Shown: piece after piece, positions 1 through 7,367 of the stretch | Layout of the letters: each line of letters opens with the position of its first letter | How positions within the stretch are numbered: the stretch's first letter is position 1 | DNA from: a virus | Length of the DNA stretch: 53,815 bases | Strand: one strand, 5' to 3' | IMG/VR virus record: IMGVR_UViG_3300045988_111174 | Location: 1 to 53,815 of that record | Translations under genes and position numbers: made by a program | The notes under the pieces: generated by a model | Database searches by the model: none | What the model was told of the DNA's origin: nothing | What the model saw: the letters and a program-made list of their open reading frames with translations, nothing else

Positions 1-55
1 GATTGCCGGAGACATTGTGGGCCTCGCCGTAGATGATCCTTGCGCGGTCGCCGTA
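1..55. repeat. Terminal direct repeat copy 1 (exact copy of 53761..53815)
   Basis: 55/55 nt identical by eye (gattgccggagacattgtgg...tgcgcggtcgccgta). The repeat lies inside a CDS whose frame continues across the junction, so it is an assembly overlap or circular closure. Confidence 0.95.
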
Positions 56-193
56 ATTGCGCTGGTACTCCGCGTAGTCGGCCTCCGTCTGCGTGGAGAG
101 GATGATCTCGTCGCGGCGGTATCCCATCCCATGCAGGTACTCGAGCGTTTTCTGTTTTCCCGCACGCTTATAGCTGGGGATTAAAAACTTCAT
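1..193 (-). CDS. GT-A-like glycosyltransferase, N-terminal part of a gene that wraps the contig junction (continues 53760..53192; 253 aa total)
   Basis: ATG at 193 overlaps the ParB-N stop (ATGA). Translation is MKFLIPSYKRAGKQKTLEYLHGMGYRRDEIILSTQ...GEAHNVSGN. The frame runs through position 1 into 53760 (..RNHLLKTLKIGEKAVMLDDDI). An N-terminal IPSYKR strand plus a DDD (DxD) motif about 80 aa later is typical of GT-A folds. Confidence 0.6.
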   Translation of the reverse strand, partial: MKFLIPSYKRAGKQKTLEYLHGMGYRRDEIILSTQTEADYAEYQRNYGDRARIIYGEAHNVSGN

Positions 194-843
194 TCCCGGC
201 TTCCCGCCTCGCGCATTTCGACGATTTCGGCCAGCGTGTAGTGCCGGAGCAGGTCGCCCTTTACGCCGAGGATGTCGCGCACGGCGGCTTTCTGTTCGTC
301 GCCGTCGCAGCAGATGATGACGGAGAAGCGCTCGTCAAGCGCATCAGAGGCGTTTTCAGCCGATGCACGCTGCGGGTTAGGGTTTTCCTCATCCGAGTAT
401 TCCTCGCCGTCAGAGGGCGCTTCCAGCTCGTCTGAGATGCATTCGCCGATGTCGCTGGTGATGCTCTCGATCTCGAAGGACTCAAACGCCGTTTTGCTCA
501 GGTCGTAGCCCTCGTCGGTGAGCGCCTCAAATTCCTGAGCGAGCAGCGCTTCGTTCCACGTCGCTTTTTCAGAGGCCTTATTGTCCATAAGGCGATAGGC
601 CTTGACCTGCGCCGGAGTGAGGTCGTCTGCGACGATGCAGGGCAGCTCCGTAAGTCCGAGCTGCTTTGCGGCCTTGTATCTCGTGTGCCCGGCGACGATT
701 ACGCCGTCCCGGTCGATGAGCAGCGGGACGCGGAAGCCGAACTCCCGAATGCTCTCTGCGACATAGGGCACCGCAGCGTCGTTTTTGCGCGGATTGTTGC
801 CGTACGGCCTGATGCTGCCGATGGGCATGTTGACGATATTCAC
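190..843 (-). CDS. ParB-like N-terminal (ParB/Srx) domain protein, paralogue 1, with acidic C-terminal tail
   Basis: The 217-aa ORF contains IRPYGNNPRKND..VAESIREFGFRVPLLIDRDGVIVAGHTRYKAAKQLGL..DDLTPAQVKAYRLMDNK. The GTG start overlaps the upstream stop (GTGA), with GGAGG 9-10 nt upstream. Confidence 0.85.
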   Translation of the reverse strand: MNIVNMPIGSIRPYGNNPRKNDAAVPYVAESIREFGFRVPLLIDRDGVIVAGHTRYKAAKQLGLTELPCIVADDLTPAQVKAYRLMDNKASEKATWNEALLAQEFEALTDEGYDLSKTAFESFEIESITSDIGECISDELEAPSDGEEYSDEENPNPQRASAENASDALDERFSVIICCDGDEQKAAVRDILGVKGDLLRHYTLAEIVEMREAGSRE

Positions 844-1553
844 GGGTTCTTTACCTCCTTGCTGAGTCGATATGGCGTCCAGTCGTCAAAATCCCGGTTG
901 AAGCTGACGATGCCGTCGTAGTAATCCTTGTAGAATTTCGCAGCCTCCGTCGTCGCGGTGATGGTGGTCTGCTCGGTGCGCGGATTCGTGTTCATGTTCG
1001 CGCTGCCCTCCGCGGCAAAATCAAAGTCGCGGCCAAAGCCCGCGATGACCTTGGAGTGGTTTCGGAATGTGCAGATGCGGCCGCCATAGCGCCGGGCGAT
1101 TTTGTGGGCGCAGTAGTCGTACACCTCGCCGTACTGCCCTCGGAATATCTCTCCGACGTAAAGATCCATGCGCTTTATAAATCCGCGCCGGAGGTAGCTC
1201 TCCAGAATTTCCGCGTCGGTGATCGCCATGCACCACGTGGAGACCAGGCAGTATTCCAATGGCTGCTGCCGCAAAATCAATTTCAGGTACGACAGGCTGT
1301 CGACGTCTCCGGCAGAAATGACGTGGTAGGCGTATCCCGGCTGCAAGTGCCAGTCCATCGCGTTTTCCAGCGCCGCTTCGCTCATTGCCCGGCGGAACGT
1401 GTGGCGCTCGCAGGTTCTCACGCCGACGGCGACTTTCCCGGCATTTGGGTTTTGCTCGGGTCGGGAGGCGGAATCGTCCATGAGTTCGAAATCAAAATTC
1501 AAGTCGCTTCCATCCCAAAAGACGGAGTCGTTATATTCAGTTTCTCTTGCCAT
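840..1553 (-). CDS. Phospholipase-D/HKD-family (Nuc-like) protein
   Basis: Start taken at the internal ATG at 1553 (MARETEYND..), preceded by GGAGG. The single HKD-type motif is FRNHSKVIAGFGRDFDFAAEGSANMN (HxK ... GSxN). Confidence 0.6.
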   Translation of the reverse strand: MARETEYNDSVFWDGSDLNFDFELMDDSASRPEQNPNAGKVAVGVRTCERHTFRRAMSEAALENAMDWHLQPGYAYHVISAGDVDSLSYLKLILRQQPLEYCLVSTWCMAITDAEILESYLRRGFIKRMDLYVGEIFRGQYGEVYDYCAHKIARRYGGRICTFRNHSKVIAGFGRDFDFAAEGSANMNTNPRTEQTTITATTEAAKFYKDYYDGIVSFNRDFDDWTPYRLSKEVKNP

Positions 1554-1568
1554 GTCTGCACCGCCTCC

Positions 1569-1603
1569 AAAAAAATCAATCGGTGACACGCTGACACCGA
1601 TTG
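1569..1603 (-). terminator. Intrinsic terminator/attenuator hairpin immediately upstream of the PLD gene RBS
   Basis: The minus strand reads CAATCGGTG-tcagcgtgt-CACCGATTG followed by ATTTTTTTGGAGG. This is a 9-bp perfect stem with a U7 tract that runs straight into the RBS of the 1553 start. Confidence 0.6.
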
Positions 1604-1715
1604 ACATGTGCCTCCAGAAAATGTGGCCCCTGCCCCCGTCCTGCTTTGTTTGTGGAGCCGCCCGCTGTCGCTCGGGAGGTGATTCACGCGACGCGCACCT
1701 CAATTTTGGCAGACA

Positions 1716-1753
1716 AAAGCCGTAGGCATGGAATCTGTGTATCCTACGGCTTT
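1716..1753 (-). terminator. Terminator-like hairpin downstream of the late-regulator gene
   Basis: AAAGCCGTAGG-16 nt-CCTACGGCTTT forms an 11-bp perfect stem. The U tract is weak (CUUUUGU on the minus strand). Confidence 0.35.
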
Positions 1754-1838
1754 CGCTGATTTTATTTTACCACAGCATTTTCAGGCTGGGAAGGTGAAAA
1801 ATCCGTAGTGTTTTCGCACAATTTTCGGCAACTTTCCG

Positions 1839-2342
1839 TCAGGAGGCCATTCTGTAGATTTTTTCCATGGATTTCTCCCGGAGCCGCCGGAGGGCCTCTT
1901 TTGTGCGCGGCTCTCCGAAGCGCGTTTCATGTTCCCGCATGAGTTCGCGCCACGTCAGGCCGTCCACCACCTGCCCAAGGACGATCCACCTTTCCCGGTC
2001 GTTCAGGCCGCGCATCCATGCGTCCACCTGATCCGCGGCCTTCTGCTTTGTGCGATACTCCTCCCATTTTTCCGAGATTTCCTCGCGCAGCTCCGAAATA
2101 TGGCGCGGCTCTCCTCCGAAGGCGAACATCATGGCGATGCGCTCCGTGGGATTGCCTATGGCATTGCCTCTGGGCATGCCCGTGAGATTCTGCGCGCCGG
2201 GCGCGGCGGCATCCTCCCGGGCCGTGCCCTCCAGATCGTTCAGCACCTTTTCCGCCTCCGCAAGCTCGATGCGCAGGTATTCGCAGCGTCCGAGGTTTTC
2301 CCGGTAGCTCTGCAGCGTTTCCAGTACGATTTCCGGCTTCAT
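1839..2342 (-). CDS. Phage late-transcription regulator (sigma-70 region-4-like HTH; ArpU/RinA/DUF1492-like)
   Basis: Start at the internal ATG at 2342 with GGAGG upstream. The C-terminus, LNDRERWIVLGQVVDGLTWRELMREHE...ALRRLREKSMEKI, resembles a sigma region 4. The gene sits directly upstream of the late operon. Confidence 0.5.
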   Translation of the reverse strand: MKPEIVLETLQSYRENLGRCEYLRIELAEAEKVLNDLEGTAREDAAAPGAQNLTGMPRGNAIGNPTERIAMMFAFGGEPRHISELREEISEKWEEYRTKQKAADQVDAWMRGLNDRERWIVLGQVVDGLTWRELMREHETRFGEPRTKEALRRLREKSMEKIYRMAS

Positions 2343-2361
2343 GCGTTCGCCTCCTCTGGAT

Positions 2362-2805
2362 TCAGAATGGAAGCTCGTCGTCGTTGACTTCCGCAAATCC
2401 GTCCTGCGCGGCCATTGCGTCGGACATGGTGGTCTGGCGATTGTAGGCCGGTGCGGCGCTCGGCTGCGGAGCGGGCGCGTCCTCCCGCTGGGACGCGGGC
2501 GAAAGAAACTCCACGTTTTCCGCAAGTACCTCGGTGACGTAGCGCTTGGAGCCGTCTTTGGCCTCGTAGGAGCGCGTCTGGAGGCTTCCTGCGACGGCGC
2601 ATTTACGGCCCTTTGTCAGGTATTTTGCGCACAGGTCAGCGAGCTGCCGCCACGCTACGACGGTGATAAAGTCCGCCTCCTGCACGCCGTCCTTGTTTTT
2701 GCGGCGATTGACTGCAAGCGTCATGGTGCAGGTGGAGAGGCCCGTCTGCGTGGTGCGCAGCTCCGGGTCTCGGGCGAGATTGCCGATCAGGATGCACTTG
2801 TTCAC
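2362..2805 (-). CDS. ssb: Single-stranded DNA-binding protein
   Basis: MNKCILIGNLARDPELRTTQTGLSTCTMTLAVNR...FITVVAWRQLADLCAKYLTKGRKCAVAGSLQTRSYE indicates an OB fold. The acidic C-terminal tip is DDELPF. Confidence 0.95.
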   Translation of the reverse strand: MNKCILIGNLARDPELRTTQTGLSTCTMTLAVNRRKNKDGVQEADFITVVAWRQLADLCAKYLTKGRKCAVAGSLQTRSYEAKDGSKRYVTEVLAENVEFLSPASQREDAPAPQPSAAPAYNRQTTMSDAMAAQDGFAEVNDDELPF

Positions 2806-2808
2806 AGA

Positions 2809-3141
2809 TTATTCCTCCTCTCGATGCAGGGAATGTTCCACGTCAAACCCCTCCGGGTAACGGCGCTGGAGCTTGCAGATGTTGAGAGCCGCCACCGTCT
2901 CGAGGCTCACGCCCAGCACGTCGGCCAGCTCCGCGGCGAACCAGAGCAGGTCGCCCAGCTCGTCCACGACGCTGTCCGTGTTCAGCGAATGCCCCTGAAA
3001 GACCTTCTGGTACAGCGCGTGGATTTCGCCGACCTCGCTGGCCAAGCCGTGGAGCGCGTGCATCCGGCGCTCGCAGGGATTGAGCCTTTCGTTCTGGGTT
3101 CGGCGCGCGAGGTTCTGATAATCCTGAAAATTCATGCTCAT
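2809..3141 (-). CDS. mazG: MazG-like nucleoside triphosphate pyrophosphohydrolase
   Basis: FQDYQNLARRT...LHGLASEVGEI...DELGDLLWFAAELADVLGVSLE..N..KLQRRYPEGF shows the EXXE and DELGD-type motifs of small phage MazG proteins. Confidence 0.85.
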   Translation of the reverse strand: MSMNFQDYQNLARRTQNERLNPCERRMHALHGLASEVGEIHALYQKVFQGHSLNTDSVVDELGDLLWFAAELADVLGVSLETVAALNICKLQRRYPEGFDVEHSLHREEE

Positions 3142-3533
3142 TGTACAATGTCCTCCTTAATCCTCTCCATCGGGTCGCTGAAATTGATCGTCAGTCCGAT
3201 CCTGTCGAACACGTCCTGAATCAGCTCCTCACCCGTGAGCCGATACAGTATCGCGTCGTCCACAGCCTTCAGCACGTCTTTGCAGCGCTTCTGCCCAAAT
3301 CCATGCAACTCATGCAGCGCAAGACACAGCGCCGCGTAGCAAGCCTTTACAGTGTCCTCGCCGGCCAGCTTGTAGCCCGCGTTAAATCCATCGTCGTAAT
3401 TGCGCTTGAGATCGTCCAGCGTGATGCCGTTTTTGCAGATGCGCTCGATCCGTTCCTGCCGGGTCATGTTGTGGAAAATGGGCTTTTTCCTGGGCGCGTC
3501 CCGCTTCGCCTCTCGGCGCTGTTTACGATTCAT
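3138..3533 (-). CDS. Hypothetical protein (basic N-terminus)
   Basis: The 131-aa ORF sits within the operon and has start/stop overlaps with both neighbours. Confidence 0.7.
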   Translation of the reverse strand: MNRKQRREAKRDAPRKKPIFHNMTRQERIERICKNGITLDDLKRNYDDGFNAGYKLAGEDTVKACYAALCLALHELHGFGQKRCKDVLKAVDDAILYRLTGEELIQDVFDRIGLTINFSDPMERIKEDIVQ

Positions 3534-4239
3534 GCCGCGCCTCCATCGTAATCAGGTTGGAGAGGGGCAGCGCCTCAAGCATTTTGCAGTAGTCAAGCCA
3601 TTCGTCCAGCTTGTGGTTTTTCCGGGCGTGGTACTGATTTCGCGCGACTGCGTAATTCAACGTCACCGTTGCCCGCAGATTATATCCGCTCGGCAGCAGC
3701 TCGATAATCGCGCGCCAATATTTACGCTCTTTGGTCTCGTTGAACAGGATACGCAGTGCCTCAAGCTCCACCAGTACGCGCAGAAACAGTTCCTTCGTCC
3801 CCCCTCCGACCTCATCAATCCCCTCGTGGCTGAAATCGTCAGGCTCGAAGGACTTGATGTGGATGGTGTGCATCTTCGAGCACGAATTTCTGACAGTGCC
3901 GACCTTGTAGGTGTCAAACTCTGCCCACCACACCTGATGGCTGGTAATGTCCATGCCGATTCCAAGCATCCGTAGGAACTTGGAGTGATCCGAACCAGCA
4001 GTAACGAGATTTTTTGCAAGCTTCAAATCCTCAGCCCCAAGAACGAAGCGCTGTCCAATCATCATATCGGCAAAATAGCACGGTTCGTACTCGCCGGGAT
4101 TCAATGAGCACGTGTCGCACCTTGCTGAGCGTCCCTTGCAATATCCGCTGTCCGACTTCTCCCAGCTGTTCAGCGGATTGCGCATGCCGCGGACGGCGGT
4201 TTCCCAACCAAAGGTTTCAACGTGTTCGATTTTGATCAT
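3523..4239 (-). CDS. Divergent ThyX-fold-like protein (canonical RHR..S....S.RY signature not seen) with a Cys-rich insert
   Basis: A by-eye alignment to ThyX pairs AGSDHSKFLRMLGIGMDITSHQVWWAEFDTYKVGTVRNSCSKMH with [41 protein letters not shown]. The C-terminal NLRATVTLNYAVARNQYHARKNHKLDEW pairs with [21 protein letters not shown]. The N-terminal insert is CKGRSARCDTCSLNPGEYEPC. Confidence 0.4.
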   Translation of the reverse strand: MIKIEHVETFGWETAVRGMRNPLNSWEKSDSGYCKGRSARCDTCSLNPGEYEPCYFADMMIGQRFVLGAEDLKLAKNLVTAGSDHSKFLRMLGIGMDITSHQVWWAEFDTYKVGTVRNSCSKMHTIHIKSFEPDDFSHEGIDEVGGGTKELFLRVLVELEALRILFNETKERKYWRAIIELLPSGYNLRATVTLNYAVARNQYHARKNHKLDEWLDYCKMLEALPLSNLITMEARHES

Positions 4240-4381
4240 TTTTCATCCTCCTTATCCGCTTTTTTAACCTATTAAGCGAATCGATTTGCCGATTTATGGA
4301 AGCAATTACTTGCAGTCCATACACGACTGCTAATGCGGTCATAATTCCACCGACTATAAGCGCGATGATGCCCTCGTCCAT
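4217..4381 (-). CDS. Small membrane protein (54 aa, one TM)
   Basis: Translation is MDEGIIALIVGGIMTALAVVYGLQVIASINRQ.... GGAGG lies upstream. ATGA overlaps the preceding small ORF and the 3' end overlaps the ThyX-like start. The ORF is below the ORF-track size cutoff. Confidence 0.45.
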   Translation of the reverse strand: MDEGIIALIVGGIMTALAVVYGLQVIASINRQIDSLNRLKKRIRRMKNDQNRTR

Positions 4382-4524
4382 CACTCATCCTCCTCTCCCT
4401 TGTGCCTCGTCTCTTGCCACCGTTCATATTCATCATCCGCGTCGCTCCCGGCGACGATGATGGCGTACACCGCCGCAACGCCCAGCGCGGCGACGATGCC
4501 GATTGCGATCCAGATGGCGATCAT
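4381..4524 (-). CDS. Small membrane protein (47 aa, one TM, acidic tail)
   Basis: Translation is MIAIWIAIGIVAALGVAAVYAIIVAGSDADDEYERWQETRHKGEEDE. ATGA overlaps the upstream gene stop at 4521. Confidence 0.45.
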   Translation of the reverse strand: MIAIWIAIGIVAALGVAAVYAIIVAGSDADDEYERWQETRHKGEEDE

Positions 4525-5168
4525 TTTTTTAACATCCTCTCCAGCTCTTCGAGGCTGATTTCTTTCCAGCCTTCTGGTGATTCGGTGTAGGCGCGATTGA
4601 TTTCTACATTTTTCCCGTTCGGAAATTTGGCATCGTATACGCGTATGGTGTCAAAGTCGCCATTTCCCGGGTTAAGTAGAAAATCCTCGCAACGCACAAA
4701 AATCGTGCCATTGGTAGGGGGATAATATGGCATCTCAATTGGTGAAATCTCATCTACGATTCTTCTGACAAGCTCGCTTGTATACGTCACCCCCGAATGA
4801 ATGTCAACCCCGCGCACACGGTTGGTGTCGATATACTCGATACGCCCATCTGGAAATACGTGTTTCCAGAAACTGCCCATACGGCGGCATTGGTAGCATT
4901 TATAGTCCGCATTTGGCATCGGATTTTCCACCCACACCTCAGCCGTATCCTCAATCGGGGTAATCGGCTTGCGATCAACCAAACGATCAAGCACATTTTT
5001 TGTAAGCTGAATGCTGAGGCCCGAATGCCCATCCGCACACAGGGACTCATATGCCTTCAGCGCGCTATCATAACAAGCTCTGGCATAACCGTACAAATCG
5101 CAATCCACGCTTTCACGTTCGAGGGCGATTCGCACTTCGTTTTCTGCCCATTCAATGGATCTGCTCAT
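4521..5168 (-). CDS. Hypothetical protein
   Basis: Start at the internal ATG at 5168 (MSRSIEWAENE..) with GGAGG upstream. There is a 4-nt overlap with the upstream stop. Confidence 0.7.
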   Translation of the reverse strand: MSRSIEWAENEVRIALERESVDCDLYGYARACYDSALKAYESLCADGHSGLSIQLTKNVLDRLVDRKPITPIEDTAEVWVENPMPNADYKCYQCRRMGSFWKHVFPDGRIEYIDTNRVRGVDIHSGVTYTSELVRRIVDEISPIEMPYYPPTNGTIFVRCEDFLLNPGNGDFDTIRVYDAKFPNGKNVEINRAYTESPEGWKEISLEELERMLKK

Positions 5169-5512
5169 TTGCCTAACGCCTCCTCTAGGATGTTCCGCGC
5201 GCTTCTCGGCCACGAGGTGCTTTCGTTCCAGCCCGGCGTATCGGATTCCATGCGATAGCATTCAACCGTTTCGAGGCCGACATCGAGTTCCGGGACGGCC
5301 CACGTAGACGCAAGATAGGTGTACTCATCAGTGATCAGCTTCCCGTCCTCGTAGATCATGCCGCCCGTGTTGCAAAAGTCGCCGCGAAGTCCAGCCCACG
5401 CGCGGTGCGGCTTTTTCTTCGCGATAAGGCGCGCGGCCTTGTCCCAGTCAAAGACCATCCTCTCTTTGCCGCGGTTCGCTTCGCCCATCACAAATGCGTC
5501 CAAAGTATTCAT
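5165..5512 (-). CDS. Hypothetical protein
   Basis: 115-aa ORF with coupled overlaps at both ends. Confidence 0.7.
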   Translation of the reverse strand: MNTLDAFVMGEANRGKERMVFDWDKAARLIAKKKPHRAWAGLRGDFCNTGGMIYEDGKLITDEYTYLASTWAVPELDVGLETVECYRMESDTPGWNESTSWPRSARNILEEALGK

Positions 5513-5892
5513 TTCCTTTCCTCCTCCGGCGGCTGCGGCAGCGGCATCCAGTGGGTGACGTTATCGCCCCATACGTATGCCCAACTCGCAAAGTCAAACT
5601 CTCCATTGCTATATCTCGCCTGATCTACAATCAGTCCACCGCCATCGCGAAACGCCGCAATGATTTTCTGCCCATTTTCCGGCAGCCGCTCCCCGACGCT
5701 GATCCAGCGCGGCTGCTGCGCTTCGAGTTGCGAGATGGCTTCGGCTGCGTCCAGAGCTACGTCAAACATCTTGCAACTTCCACCGGGCCGATTGCATCCG
5801 TTCGGCTCCCCCTCATACGGGCAATGCCCGCACGTCGTTTCAATGTCCATCAACGCCAACTTGATAGCTTTGATCTCTTCAGGCGTTTTCAT
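5509..5892 (-). CDS. DUF551-like phage protein
   Basis: The C-terminal half, WISVGERLPENGQKIIAAF....THWMPLPQPP, matches the DUF551 pattern. Confidence 0.6.
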   Translation of the reverse strand: MKTPEEIKAIKLALMDIETTCGHCPYEGEPNGCNRPGGSCKMFDVALDAAEAISQLEAQQPRWISVGERLPENGQKIIAAFRDGGGLIVDQARYSNGEFDFASWAYVWGDNVTHWMPLPQPPEEERK

Positions 5893-6097
5893 TTAACCAT
5901 TCCTCCAATGATTCGCGACATTTTTCGCATAACTCATATGCGATCGGTTTCCACCCGTCCGGGCATCTCCATTTGTCTGCACAGAGCAATTTATAGCTTG
6001 TCCTCGTATGGACGCCAAACCTGAATCGATCAATCGCTGCGCTATCTGCACCAAGATCAGCACCGCACCGGTCACACTTATATGATGTGGATTTCAT
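5879..6097 (-). CDS. Small zinc-ribbon-like hypothetical protein
   Basis: Start at the internal ATG at 6097 (MKSTSYKCDRCGA...CEKC) with GGAGG 6 nt upstream. Confidence 0.6.
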   Translation of the reverse strand: MKSTSYKCDRCGADLGADSAAIDRFRFGVHTRTSYKLLCADKWRCPDGWKPIAYELCEKCRESLEEWLNENA

Positions 6098-6111
6098 CGT
6101 CGTACCTCCTT

Positions 6112-6474
6112 TCAATTCCCCACAGTCAGGATGATGCACGATTTCCAGTAGGGTTCATATTCTTCGAGCACTTCCTCCACCGCGTCTTCAAGTTCGTCCT
6201 CTTTTAAGTCGCTGTTAAAGTCCACAAAATCATAGACTTCATCTCGGAAATGGTCTCGGCTGGTGAAGCATTCGTCTCTGATTTCCTGCTGGCAGTCCAG
6301 AAATTCGCCTACCTCGGCGGAAACATTTGTGCAGCACATCTCGTCATAGTTGCCATCGATCCCCGTGTCCTTTGCGAATACGATCACCGGCAGCTTAGGG
6401 TATTCCAGTAGCAGCTTACGGAGCTGCTCTCCAGAGTGCATCAGCCCGGTCGGCTGTTTTTCGCGGTCAAGCAT
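6112..6474 (-). CDS. Hypothetical acidic protein
   Basis: The ORF lies in the operon. The start could be 6474 or 6480, and GAGAGGA lies upstream. Confidence 0.6.
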   Translation of the reverse strand: MLDREKQPTGLMHSGEQLRKLLLEYPKLPVIVFAKDTGIDGNYDEMCCTNVSAEVGEFLDCQQEIRDECFTSRDHFRDEVYDFVDFNSDLKEDELEDAVEEVLEEYEPYWKSCIILTVGN

Positions 6475-6784
6475 CGTCATCCATCCTCTCTCCATTGCTG
6501 CAAAAATCCTCCGGCAGTACCACGCGCCCATGCAGCATGCACCAGCCGCAATCCTCCCGGTAGCCCTCCGGCAGCGGAGGCCGCATACCCATGCACACGC
6601 AGTCCTTGCACCTGACCACCTGCACCACGTCAGCGGCAGGGGTCTCGTCGATGATGTCCAGCACGTCGCGAATCACTACATCCGGGATTAGACCCACGAC
6701 AGAAATCGTAGAACACGACTTTGTTTTGTCGCAATACGCGCTTACAGCCGCTTTGAGCGCTTCAGCGTCAATGTATTTTGGCAT
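6467..6784 (-). CDS. Hypothetical protein
   Basis: 105-aa ORF with codon usage like its neighbours. Confidence 0.65.
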   Translation of the reverse strand: MPKYIDAEALKAAVSAYCDKTKSCSTISVVGLIPDVVIRDVLDIIDETPAADVVQVVRCKDCVCMGMRPPLPEGYREDCGWCMLHGRVVLPEDFCSNGERMDDDA

Positions 6785-7178
6785 CGTTCAGCGCCTCCTT
6801 CGGTTTGATCCCCAGCTTCTTCGCGATCTCCGGATCCATCTGCAGGGCTTTGCAACGGTCACAATCATGCTTTGCGCAGATAAAGATCGGGAAACAGCCC
6901 TCGTCAAAGTACTTCCGAGGACACGGAACCTCGCGTGCATTTGGAAACAGTTTCTTCCACGCCTCTTTCCAGTTTGGATACACCTGCTCGGGATGCTCTT
7001 CCGCCCATTTCAACACAATGTGCTCCGCGGTATCGTAGTAAAGATACTTTTCGCCGAGATCAAACCGGCATACCAACCCATCGTCATCATGCAGCGGGCA
7101 TCCATCACAATCGCCCGGATGTTCAAGACATATCCTCCGCGCCTGTTTCATGACATCAACAAACTGTGCCATTGTCAT
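6768..7178 (-). CDS. Hypothetical Cys-rich protein
   Basis: 136-aa ORF that overlaps the downstream start. Confidence 0.65.
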   Translation of the reverse strand: MTMAQFVDVMKQARRICLEHPGDCDGCPLHDDDGLVCRFDLGEKYLYYDTAEHIVLKWAEEHPEQVYPNWKEAWKKLFPNAREVPCPRKYFDEGCFPIFICAKHDCDRCKALQMDPEIAKKLGIKPKEALNDAKIH

Positions 7179-7184
7179 CCCTCC

Positions 7185-7367
7185 TCAATCCAGCGTCCAC
7201 ACGGACAGAATACACACCTCGTTATATCCTTCGCCCTTCAGGTGATCTTTGATCTCTAACATCAGCGCCTCTTCACGTATTGCGGATCGGATTGCTCCGT
7301 TAAGCATCCGCATCTCCGGTGTGACGGCGGAATAGTAGTACGTCCGCAGCTCAGACCTCTTTCTCAT
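7185..7367 (-). CDS. Hypothetical small protein
   Basis: 60-aa ORF in the operon. Confidence 0.5.
   Translation of the reverse strand: MRKRSELRTYYYSAVTPEMRMLNGAIRSAIREEALMLEIKDHLKGEGYNEVCILSVWTLD

Noticed and set aside
1-55. The terminal 55-nt repeat as a biological LTR, att or cos element.
   Set aside because: It lies inside a coding sequence that reads through the junction. An exact short overlap of this kind is characteristic of assembler closure of a circular or permuted genome.
1764-1772. An extended -10 (TGgTAAAAT) as the late promoter.
   Set aside because: No convincing -35 is present, and the element sits between the regulator gene and a terminator-like hairpin. It is mentioned in the leader finding only and is not annotated as a feature.
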